Made by a program: the position numbers and the translations under genes | Notes under the pieces: model-generated | The model's database searches: none | The model's input: the letters and a program-made list of their open reading frames with translations, nothing else | What the model was told of the DNA's origin: nothing | Source: Pseudomonadota bacterium | GTDB taxonomy: Bacteria; Pseudomonadota; Alphaproteobacteria; Micavibrionales; UBA2020 | Assembly (NCBI GenBank): GCA_043806835.1 | Contig: JAZDGQ010000037.1 | Coordinates: 1 to 50,384, forward strand | DNA length: 50,384 nt | Reading direction: 5' to 3' | Shown here: in pieces, positions 27,969 through 36,059 of the stretch | How positions within the stretch are numbered: position 1 is the first letter of the stretch | How the letters are laid out: each line of letters starts with the position of its first letter

Positions 27969-30266
27969 CTATTCACAAGAGCAGGTCGGATAGTTGTTGA
28001 ACTTTGAGCCCGGAGCATAACCCCAGCAGGAGGCTGTGGCGTATTGGGAAGGACATCCGGAACCTATCAGCGAACCCGCGCCCTGGGAGCTTGAAAGAAC
28101 CGGGGTTGACTGCGCCTTCCATGTGAACGTAACGGGCGAACAGGTCGTCGGAGGATCCGGGAAGTCCACCCACGCGCTCCATCCGGTGCCGCAGGTGTAC
28201 GTCCTTTTCTGCACCTTGTTGCCGGCAAAACCGGCGCCACAGCTTACCGTCCGCATTTCCGCCGGCAATCCCGTGCAGACGCACGTATTTACGACATCAG
28301 CCCAGGCGGACCATGTCGAGGGGCAGGTGAACGTGCGGCTCTGCGTCCATATCCCCGTGTAAGCCGTGGGGCAACTCAGGTTTTGCGTCTGCGTGAGCGC
28401 GTTGCAGACGCAGGTATCGCTGATGACATACCAGGCCCCCCATGAACCGCTTGTCGGGGTGCCGCACGTCCAGTCACGCTGCAGCATCTTGCCGCCAGTC
28501 CATGACGCGGAGCAGGTTCCGGCTGTCGTCTGCGATATTGGCGTGCAGACGCAGGCGGAAATATCGGTCGTGGTGTTCGACGCATAAGGCAAACATGTGG
28601 TGACGGTGTGCACGGTAGCGTTTCCCGTCCACCCGCCGGCGAGAACCGAGGTGCAGAGAGGATAAGTGGTGGTATCGGCTGCGGTGCAGGAGCAGACCCC
28701 GGTGGCGCTGAACAACGACCATGCCCCGGCGTTGCATTTGTAGGTCGCGACGCGGGAATCCCCGGCCGTCACGGATTGCGTCTGCCCCTGGACGCCCGCC
28801 GCCAGCATCCGGTCATTCGCAGTGCAGACCGTCACCGTCCTGGCCGGGCAGGGCACGGGGACGACGCAGTTCAGCGAGCCGGTGGCCGTACTAACTCCGG
28901 TCAGCAGCGCGCCCGGAGGGCACCTGAATTCGGGAACAGTCGTGCAGATAACCTGGCCGTTGGCGATCCCCGACACATATTCGCCTGCGGGGCATTTCAT
29001 TTCCGCCTTGTCGCCGGTGATTTTGTCCGTCGGGAAACAGGAAGTTCCCGCCTTGTCGCAAAGCTCTGTCACCAGCAGGCTGTCACGGCCCCGGATGTCC
29101 CCCGCGACCTCGACGGTTTGCGTCTGTATTGCCGCGCCGACTCCGACCGTGCCGCCACCCGGGCTTCCCGCATTGACGAGATCACGGATATTGGAACTGT
29201 CGGTGGCAACCCTCCAGAGAGGCGTATCGACGGCCGTATAATACTCCACGTTGTCGTCGAAATGCGCGGCTCCGCTGACGGAGGCCTTCGCCGCCGCCCT
29301 GTAGACGGCGCTGGCGGCGGAAGTATTGCAGTTTTCAGTGTCGAGATTCCCCGCAGGGCAGGGTACCCCCATCTTGCCCTGCCGTGTAGTGGCGCCCTGC
29401 TTGTCCGGGCCGTGGCTGACCATCACGAAGTGGGCGGATCCCGCCGGCTCGACCAAAGTATTGCCGTTGCCGTCCACGACGGCTACCCCGCCGGAATTCT
29501 TGTCGTAAGTCCCTGACACGGCCAGGGGCTCAGTCACCGCATAATCGATCTTCATGCCATAGCCGTCCTCCGAAAATTCTTCCGGCAGGTTCAGCGTACG
29601 GAAGGGAACGGTTCCCCGCCGGACGCGCGGCGCCGTGCCGGCAAAAGCGGGAACGCTGACCTCTGCAAAAATGCCCAGGAATCCCGAGTGTATTTGATAG
29701 AATCTCATTTCGCCAACATCACAGAGATCATGATCATGACTAAGCGGACACGTCGCCTCGAACTCGTCTCCGGAGTTTGGGCATTTCATGGAAGGGTCGT
29801 TTGTGTATATAAAACCAAGATATTCTGCATAATTGCAGGGGGCTGCCCCGCACAACCATGAATCGAGAAGCATTTCAGGGTGATCCGACGCCATCTGCGG
29901 CCCGGGTCCGAGGACTTCCATGGCAGGCGTCGCGCCCAGAAGCCGCGCGCCGGTCTCGATGCAGATGCCATTGGCGCAGGTGCCGGCGGCCTGGGAAACG
30001 TCCGCGCAGTCCCCCTCCATTCCGTAGTCCGGGCTGTTTCTGTCCAGATCTGCGCGCGCCGGGCAGGGATACCTGCCCTGCTGTATCAGGAAGTTCCCGA
30101 CAGCCCGCGTCACCAGCCCTGTATTGCTGACGGTCGTATCCGTCGTCGTTTTCCTGATGTAAACGTTATATCCTGCCAGAAAGGACGATATCAGGACGCC
30201 CGCGACAAGAGTGACGATGGCCAATTCGATCAGGGAATGCCCCGTCTCGGAATTTCTTTTTTTCAT
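27969..30266 (-). CDS. Large prepilin-type adhesin-like protein (765 aa) with C-terminal Cys/Trp repeats
   Basis: Start reset to MKKRNSETG|HSLIELAIVTLVAGVLI with GGAG SD; shares the YPCPA, VPFRTL, DGYG..YAV, SHG and FDD scaffold with the two upstream genes. Confidence 0.85.
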   Translation of the reverse strand: MKKRNSETGHSLIELAIVTLVAGVLISSFLAGYNVYIRKTTTDTTVSNTGLVTRAVGNFLIQQGRYPCPARADLDRNSPDYGMEGDCADVSQAAGTCANGICIETGARLLGATPAMEVLGPGPQMASDHPEMLLDSWLCGAAPCNYAEYLGFIYTNDPSMKCPNSGDEFEATCPLSHDHDLCDVGEMRFYQIHSGFLGIFAEVSVPAFAGTAPRVRRGTVPFRTLNLPEEFSEDGYGMKIDYAVTEPLAVSGTYDKNSGGVAVVDGNGNTLVEPAGSAHFVMVSHGPDKQGATTRQGKMGVPCPAGNLDTENCNTSAASAVYRAAAKASVSGAAHFDDNVEYYTAVDTPLWRVATDSSNIRDLVNAGSPGGGTVGVGAAIQTQTVEVAGDIRGRDSLLVTELCDKAGTSCFPTDKITGDKAEMKCPAGEYVSGIANGQVICTTVPEFRCPPGALLTGVSTATGSLNCVVPVPCPARTVTVCTANDRMLAAGVQGQTQSVTAGDSRVATYKCNAGAWSLFSATGVCSCTAADTTTYPLCTSVLAGGWTGNATVHTVTTCLPYASNTTTDISACVCTPISQTTAGTCSASWTGGKMLQRDWTCGTPTSGSWGAWYVISDTCVCNALTQTQNLSCPTAYTGIWTQSRTFTCPSTWSAWADVVNTCVCTGLPAEMRTVSCGAGFAGNKVQKRTYTCGTGWSAWVDFPDPPTTCSPVTFTWKAQSTPVLSSSQGAGSLIGSGCPSQYATASCWGYAPGSKFNNYPTCSCE

Positions 30267-30292
30267 GACACAGTCTCCATGCTGTTTTATTT

Positions 30293-31456
30293 TCAGGGCG
30301 TCCCGCATATTATGCTCCCCGCCGCGTTGAATCCTTTTACATACTGCCCAGACGGACACGTCCCTGACGCCAGGCCGGTGGGATTGACCTTCGGCACGCA
30401 AACCACCTCCGCCTCCTTGATCCCGTTGACGGCCCCGTTGGCGCCGCAGGTGACCCCGGCTCCGCCGATCATCTTCGCCGGGAAGCAATTGTCTCCGTCC
30501 CCATCGCAATACTGATCCCCGAGCGTCCGCTGCGCGCGCAGACTGCCATTGACGTCAAGCATCATATCGGGCTGATCCGTGCCGATGCCCACGCTGCTGT
30601 TCGCCGTGTTATAAATGCTTTTCGACACGACGTTGGAATACCCCCATCGGTCTATCCGCATGTTGTTGCTCGTGACCAGAATCTTGTCATCGAAATAATC
30701 CGGCCCGGGGCGGAGGCTTCTGTGCTGGCTGTAATCGTAAAAAACGCCCGTGTTGCCGCAATTGAACAGATCGAGCCCGGCATCCGTGCCTGAGCAGAGT
30801 CTCCTTTTTCCAGAAAGGTTATACGCTCCGACGCCATTTTCCCCGTGGGACAGGACGACGAACGGCGTGGCATAAACAGTGGCCACACCGTCCACATAAG
30901 TCGTCTTGGGGGTCGGAACCCAGGCCGCCGCCGCATTCGGAACCTCTATGTCGATAACCCCGTAAGGGTCCTGATCCGGAGGGGAATAAGTGGCGGGATC
31001 CGTCAGGTACTTCGAGACGGCATAAAGAAATTTGTTCCCCCAGCCATCCATGCTGACCTCGATCGGAAGATTGAGGGTTACATAGGGAATCGAACCGATG
31101 TAAACCTCATCGACGTCCGCGTCAACGTCCGCAGAGGTGTCGCGCCCTCCGTCCACGAGGCATCTCCCGTCCGCCACGCATCCCGATACCGTCAGGCATA
31201 TCTCTTTTCCGGAGTCTGCCTCGCTTGGTCCCAGAGTCGGCTTCGCGGGACAGGGCAGGCGGCCGTTTTCGGTCAGAAACTTGTCGAGGGCGGTCTGGAT
31301 GGCCTCGCCGCGGTAGCCTGTGTCCGAAACGTACCTCTGCCTGTGGGACTCCTTGTACAGCTGAAGGGTCGTCCCCCCGACAATCCCGGCAAACACAAGA
31401 AGGATCGACAACTCGACCAAAGAGAAGCCTCTATTCGCTTTTTTCCCGGCACCCAT
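30293..31456 (-). CDS. Prepilin-type N-terminal domain protein (minor pilin/adhesin-like)
   Basis: RG|FSLVELSILLVFAG; LPCPA, IPYVTL, DGWGNKFLYAVS, SHGENG, YFDD, VGIGTDQP..LDVNG. Confidence 0.88.
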   Translation of the reverse strand: MGAGKKANRGFSLVELSILLVFAGIVGGTTLQLYKESHRQRYVSDTGYRGEAIQTALDKFLTENGRLPCPAKPTLGPSEADSGKEICLTVSGCVADGRCLVDGGRDTSADVDADVDEVYIGSIPYVTLNLPIEVSMDGWGNKFLYAVSKYLTDPATYSPPDQDPYGVIDIEVPNAAAAWVPTPKTTYVDGVATVYATPFVVLSHGENGVGAYNLSGKRRLCSGTDAGLDLFNCGNTGVFYDYSQHRSLRPGPDYFDDKILVTSNNMRIDRWGYSNVVSKSIYNTANSSVGIGTDQPDMMLDVNGSLRAQRTLGDQYCDGDGDNCFPAKMIGGAGVTCGANGAVNGIKEAEVVCVPKVNPTGLASGTCPSGQYVKGFNAAGSIICGTP

Positions 31457-31592
31457 GATTAACCCCTGGAATCCCTTTCACCCCTGATTCTACAGGAGTT
31501 GTTTCAACGAAATATTAACAAAACGCTACAAAACGGAAAAATTTTAATAAAACAAGAGCTTATTGCAGCCTCTTCGAAAGGCCGCAGGCAGA

Positions 31593-32957
31593 CTACGGAG
31601 TTTCGCAAATGATCGTTCCGAGCAGGGTCACCCCGACTATGAATTGTCCGGCCGGACAGGTTTGCCCGCCGGGCGTGAGCACCGGCAATGGAATATCCCC
31701 GGAGCACAGAACGTACCCCGGATTGGCGCCGTTCTGTCCCGCAATCCCCGTCACAAGCTTGATGTTGTTGGCTGTCGCCGTCGTACAGCCGATCCCCGTG
31801 ACGCCGCCAAGGATGTCCGGATCAAAACAGTAGGCGTTACCCGAGTCATGCGTGTAATCGCACAGGAGAGGCGTGTTGACGTCATCTCCCCTGACAGGAC
31901 CGATGACGTCCATTTTATACGCAGGATTGTCTGTTCCGACTCCGACATTTCCTTTATTGAGGTTGTAAAGGGTGTTTTCAAACCCGAACGCCTTTGAATA
32001 ATCCCAGAGCCTGGAAATGACATACGCCTCATACGTCACCAGATCGTCGAAATACCCCACGCCGGACACTATGGATCTCAGGCCGTCTATAAAAACAGAC
32101 CCCCCGTTGCAATTGTTTCCTTCGAGCGCAGGGGATGCCGGACAGGGAAACGTGATGCTGCCGTTTACGTTATGGGCTCCGAAGCCGTTATCTCCGTGAG
32201 AAACGAGCGCATAATGCGCCCCATCTGTGGGTTGAACCAGCGTCCTTCCGAATTCATTCCGGACGGCGACGGCTCCATGCGAAGTATCGAAAGTGGCCGT
32301 CTGCGCCATGTATCCGCTGACAGCGTAGGTGAATTGATGCCCCCAGGCATCCCGCACGAGCTCCATATGCATGGTGTTCGCCCTCTTGTCCCCCTCGAGG
32401 GGGCCCCACATTCCTGCGCCGAGATCCGTCGCGAAAGCTGCCGCGGAGACATGGTCAGACATGCACTTGTACGGAATACTGCTCTCCCAGACAATATCAC
32501 CCGCCACATACCCGTGGGAAGTCACCCAGTCCGCCGCCGATGCGGTGGCGGAAGCCCATCTCAGGGTTCTGAAGGGGACTCCCCCGGTCAGAACGGGATC
32601 CGTGTCCGTATCGCCGTCAGCTGCCGTATCGCGCGCTCCGGCCACCTTGCACACGCCCCCGACACATGTCCCTATGGGCACCGCGAAGGACATCAGGGCA
32701 CAATTCTCGATTCCGGCGCCAGGATCCGTCATATCCAGAGAAGGGTCCGCCGGACAGGGGTACCTATTGCTGGCGTTCGTGAAATCTGAAAACGACGCCT
32801 TGATCGCATTCATTCGTTCATATGTTTCCGTAAAGCGCTGACGCTTGACATAGCCGTCATACGACTGCATACCCGCCACCAGCAGCAGACCGGAAATCAC
32901 CAGCACCGCCGAAAGTTCGAGAAGCGTAAAACCTCCTGAATAACGGGAATATCTCAT
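31593..32957 (-). CDS. Prepilin-type N-terminal domain protein with inserted carbohydrate-binding-like module
   Basis: GG|FTLLELSAVLVISG; same scaffold plus a W-x4-Y-x2-GD-x-V..YKC..H..W insert. Confidence 0.88.
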   Translation of the reverse strand: MRYSRYSGGFTLLELSAVLVISGLLLVAGMQSYDGYVKRQRFTETYERMNAIKASFSDFTNASNRYPCPADPSLDMTDPGAGIENCALMSFAVPIGTCVGGVCKVAGARDTAADGDTDTDPVLTGGVPFRTLRWASATASAADWVTSHGYVAGDIVWESSIPYKCMSDHVSAAAFATDLGAGMWGPLEGDKRANTMHMELVRDAWGHQFTYAVSGYMAQTATFDTSHGAVAVRNEFGRTLVQPTDGAHYALVSHGDNGFGAHNVNGSITFPCPASPALEGNNCNGGSVFIDGLRSIVSGVGYFDDLVTYEAYVISRLWDYSKAFGFENTLYNLNKGNVGVGTDNPAYKMDVIGPVRGDDVNTPLLCDYTHDSGNAYCFDPDILGGVTGIGCTTATANNIKLVTGIAGQNGANPGYVLCSGDIPLPVLTPGGQTCPAGQFIVGVTLLGTIICETP

Positions 32958-33021
32958 TGTGCCGGATCCCCCAAATACACCGTCCCATCATACATTTTAA
33001 GTCCAAAAGTCTGAAAAATCG

Positions 33022-33037
33022 GTTAATAATGGATTAA
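33022..33037 (-). promoter_or_regulatory. CtrA binding site
   Basis: The minus strand reads TTAA-TCCATTA-TTAAC, matching TTAA-N7-TTAAC; about 65 bp upstream of the pilin cluster start. Confidence 0.7.
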
Positions 33038-33073
33038 GAAATGTTAAAAAGATAACCAAATTGAGGATTTATC

Positions 33074-34846
33074 ATGCCCTGTCTCAGAAAGACGCGCCAT
33101 AAAAAGATAACAGGGCTTTTCCTGTGCAGCCTTGTTGCCTTCTTTTTCTCCTTCCCCGTTTTTGCGCAGATTCTTCCGACTGCCTCCCCTGCCGCGCCGC
33201 CGGCGACAGGTTCCCTGCCACAGCAGCCCGGAGACGCTTTGGGAAGAGGAACTCCCAAGGGTATGATTCAGAAATTTCTGGACACGGTGGGGGGCGAAAA
33301 TTATGAGAAGGCGGCTCAGTATCTCGACCTCAGCAAGCACTCCAAGGCCTGGCAGAAAAGACAGGGTCCCGAGCTCGCCAGGGGTCTTCAGACCCTGCTG
33401 GATCAGTGGGGCTGGGTTGCGGACAATTCGAATTTGAGCGACAGTCCCGAGGGAAATCGGGATGACGGACTTCCGCCCGGAATCGATCTCGTCGGCACGA
33501 TCCGGGACAAGGCGGCGGGGGAATCGTTCGATCTGCTTGTGGAGAGAGCGGACGATCCCGCGAACGGCCCTATCTGGCGGTTTTCCAGGGAAACGGTGAG
33601 CAACATCCCGGATCTGCTCTCGACGATGCCCGTCGGCCCCCTGGACCGCATGCTGCCCAGGATCCTCATCGAGAACAAGTGGTCGGGCGTTCCGGTGGGC
33701 CACTGGGCGGCGCTCATCGTCCTTGCGGGGATATCCCTGATTGTGTCGTGGCTGCTGACGCTGGGCGTCATAGTCCTGATCCGGCTCGCCGGGGAGCAGA
33801 CCCATCCCGGACACACGAAACACGTGCTCGATATTTTCGTGCTGCCCGTCAGGGTTTACATCGCCGTGGGATTTTTCGCGATTCTGACTCGTGTGGCCGG
33901 CGTTTCGATCGTCGCGCGCCAGGATCTCGGCCTGATCGCCGAAATCATCACCTGGCTGGCGCTCGCATGGCTGCTGTGGCGCGTCATCGATGTTATCGCG
34001 GTATCGACCCAGGAGCGCATGAGCCACAAAAAAAAGCGCGGCAGCCTGTCCGCCATCGCGTTCTTCCGCCGGAGCATTAAATTCTTTCTTGCGGCGGTGG
34101 CCGTTTCCGTCGTGATGGACAGAATGGGCATAAATGTGACCACAGGGGTCGCGGCTCTCGGCATCGGGGGGCTGGTTCTGGCCTTCGGCGCGCAGAAGAC
34201 CATCGAGAATTTCGTGAACAGCCTCACGCTTATCATCGAGCAGCCGGTGCGCCTCGGCGATTTCTGCAAGGTCGGAGACATCCTGGGGACGGTCGATGAT
34301 ATCGGGATGCGCTCGACCCGTCTGAAAACGCTGGATCAGACAATCGTCACCATCCCGAACGGGCTGTTCGCGTCGCAAATGATCGAGAACTTCACCCTGC
34401 GCGACAGCTTCTGGTTCCATCCAATCCTCGGTCTGCGGTACGAGACGACGCCGGAGCAGATTCGCTATCTCCTCGTCAGGGTGCGGGAAATGTTGTATTC
34501 CCACCCCCGCGTCGATCCCGATCCCGCCCGCGTCCGCTTCATCAGGTTCGGCGCAAGCTCACTGGATATAGAGGTTTTCGCCTATATCCGCGCGGAGGAT
34601 TACAACGAATTCCTCGAGGTTCAGGAGGACCTGATGCTGCACATCATGGATATCGTCAGCGAGAGCGGCAGCGGTTTCGCCTTCCCGTCGCAGACGCTTT
34701 ATATGGCCAGGGATACCGGCATCTCGGAAGAGAAAAAGCGCAATGCCGAGGCGTGCGTACGAAAATGGAGGGAGAAAGGGGATTTGCCTCTGCCGATCTT
34801 CGATTCGGAACGCCCAGACCAGCCCGGGAACGCTCTCAAAGGCTAG
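33074..34846 (+). CDS. mscS: Mechanosensitive ion channel, MscS family, with periplasmic N-terminal domain
   Basis: LGIGGLVLAFGAQKTIEN, GTVDDIGMRSTR, IPNG, FAFPSQT. Confidence 0.92.
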   Translation: MPCLRKTRHKKITGLFLCSLVAFFFSFPVFAQILPTASPAAPPATGSLPQQPGDALGRGTPKGMIQKFLDTVGGENYEKAAQYLDLSKHSKAWQKRQGPELARGLQTLLDQWGWVADNSNLSDSPEGNRDDGLPPGIDLVGTIRDKAAGESFDLLVERADDPANGPIWRFSRETVSNIPDLLSTMPVGPLDRMLPRILIENKWSGVPVGHWAALIVLAGISLIVSWLLTLGVIVLIRLAGEQTHPGHTKHVLDIFVLPVRVYIAVGFFAILTRVAGVSIVARQDLGLIAEIITWLALAWLLWRVIDVIAVSTQERMSHKKKRGSLSAIAFFRRSIKFFLAAVAVSVVMDRMGINVTTGVAALGIGGLVLAFGAQKTIENFVNSLTLIIEQPVRLGDFCKVGDILGTVDDIGMRSTRLKTLDQTIVTIPNGLFASQMIENFTLRDSFWFHPILGLRYETTPEQIRYLLVRVREMLYSHPRVDPDPARVRFIRFGASSLDIEVFAYIRAEDYNEFLEVQEDLMLHIMDIVSESGSGFAFPSQTLYMARDTGISEEKKRNAEACVRKWREKGDLPLPIFDSERPDQPGNALKG

Positions 34847-34855
34847 TTTCCCGAA

Positions 34856-35443
34856 TCATCGAGGCCGAAAGACTAAAACTTTCCGCCGCCAAAGCAGCAT
34901 CAGGATCAGCAGGCCGTCCAGCGAAACACTGACGAAGGGATAAAGGGCTGTGGCGAGCGTTGTCCGTTCCAGCGCGAGAATGGAGAGGATGAATTGCACC
35001 ATGCCGATGAAATAGGCCATCGCGCATTCCTCCCACGGTTTCATCCATGATTTCCTGAAGGTGGGATAAAAAGCCGCCACGTCGATCATCGCGGCGATCA
35101 CGACCGCCCACAGAGGGTTGCCCGTCATCTTCCAGAGGGGGATCGCCAGCAGGGCAGTGATGAACGCCACCCAGTCGCTTCGGGTAATATGCTTTTCGCC
35201 GCAGAAAAAGCTCGCGCCCGCAATACAGAAGATAATCAGGGCGGATACGCCGAGGTTCCATGCGCCGGGGCCGGCTTTTTCAACGACCTGCACGGCGAAG
35301 GCGATGGATTGCAGTATTCCCCAGATGAGCCAGGTGAACAGGTGAGGTTTGGTTGTGCCCCGGTAAATCCCCCATATGTAGACGGCGTAGCAGACTATCC
35401 CCACCGCAACGGACAGCCCACCGAGGATTTCTTTTTCAGTCAT
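34856..35443 (-). CDS. Multi-pass membrane protein (PQ-loop/SWEET-like fold possible)
   Basis: About seven hydrophobic segments; TKPHLFTWLIW and YPTFRKSW..P.EE half-repeat motifs. Confidence 0.75.
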   Translation of the reverse strand: MTEKEILGGLSVAVGIVCYAVYIWGIYRGTTKPHLFTWLIWGILQSIAFAVQVVEKAGPGAWNLGVSALIIFCIAGASFFCGEKHITRSDWVAFITALLAIPLWKMTGNPLWAVVIAAMIDVAAFYPTFRKSWMKPWEECAMAYFIGMVQFILSILALERTTLATALYPFVSVSLDGLLILMLLWRRKVLVFRPR

Positions 35444-35549
35444 GTTCCTTAAGTGTTGAAATCGAGGGGGATTTTAGCGCGCAGGGCGTCCTTTTTTTGA
35501 TTTTTTGGGGGCATTGAGGAGGCTCCTTCATTTTTGGCTCGTTCCGACG

Positions 35550-35578
35550 AAGGTATGAGATTCTGTGAAACATGTCAA
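35550..35578 (-). promoter_or_regulatory. Sigma70-type promoter for 34856..35443
   Basis: Minus strand TTGACA-17 nt-TACCTT. Confidence 0.55.
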
Positions 35579-35775
35579 ATCGAAACCCATTGCTGTGATC
35601 CCTCCGCTTTTGCGGGGACCCGAAGGGCAAGGCACGAATAATTTTAGAAACGGCTGTTATATATCGTTGTTAATTTTCAGATTACAGAAATTTTACTTTG
35701 CAAAACAACCTTTTCATGCTACAAACACAAGGTAATAAATAATTGAGTTATGGAACTTCGAAAGAGGTGATTAAG

Positions 35776-35982
35776 ATAGTACAGGTCGTTGTACGCGATA
35801 ACAACATTGATCAGGCACTGCGCGCGTTGAAGAAAAAGATGCAGCGCGAGGGGCTTTTCCGTGAGATGAAGATCCGTCGGCATTACGAGAAGCCGTCGGT
35901 CAAAAAGGCACGCGAGAGATCAGAAGCCGTCAGGCGTTATCGCAAGCTGGAGCGCAAACGCAAGGAACGCGACGGCGAGTAG
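35776..35982 (+). CDS. rpsU: 30S ribosomal protein S21
   Basis: [35 protein letters not shown]. Start uncertain (ATA 35776, GTG 35767 or TTG 35743). Confidence 0.95.
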   Translation: MVQVVVRDNNIDQALRALKKKMQREGLFREMKIRRHYEKPSVKKARERSEAVRRYRKLERKRKERDGE

Positions 35983-36006
35983 TCATTCTTCACCGATGAC
36001 TGATAA

Positions 36007-36043
36007 AAGAAAAACCCCCGCGCGACAGCCGGGGGTTTTTCTT
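36007..36043. terminator. Bidirectional rho-independent terminator between rpsU and sppA
   Basis: AAGAAAAACCCCCG-9 nt loop-CGGGGGTTTTTCTT. Confidence 0.88.
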
Positions 36044-36059
36044 GTGCAATGCCCGGAAA

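Noticed and set aside
30267-30509. 81-aa N-terminal extension of the 846-aa ORF
   Set aside because: It overlaps the upstream pilin gene; the prepilin leader and SD point to ATG 30266.
27969-32957. Shufflon or DGR acting on the pilin cluster
   Set aside because: No recombinase, reverse transcriptase, inverted cassettes or near-identical template/variable repeat pair seen in the window.
35444-35535. Possible riboswitch or one-ended IS5-like remnant (GGAGCCTCCTCAAT) in the leader of the membrane protein gene
   Set aside because: No matching second TIR or target duplication, and no aptamer consensus recognised by eye; an Rfam/Infernal scan would be needed.
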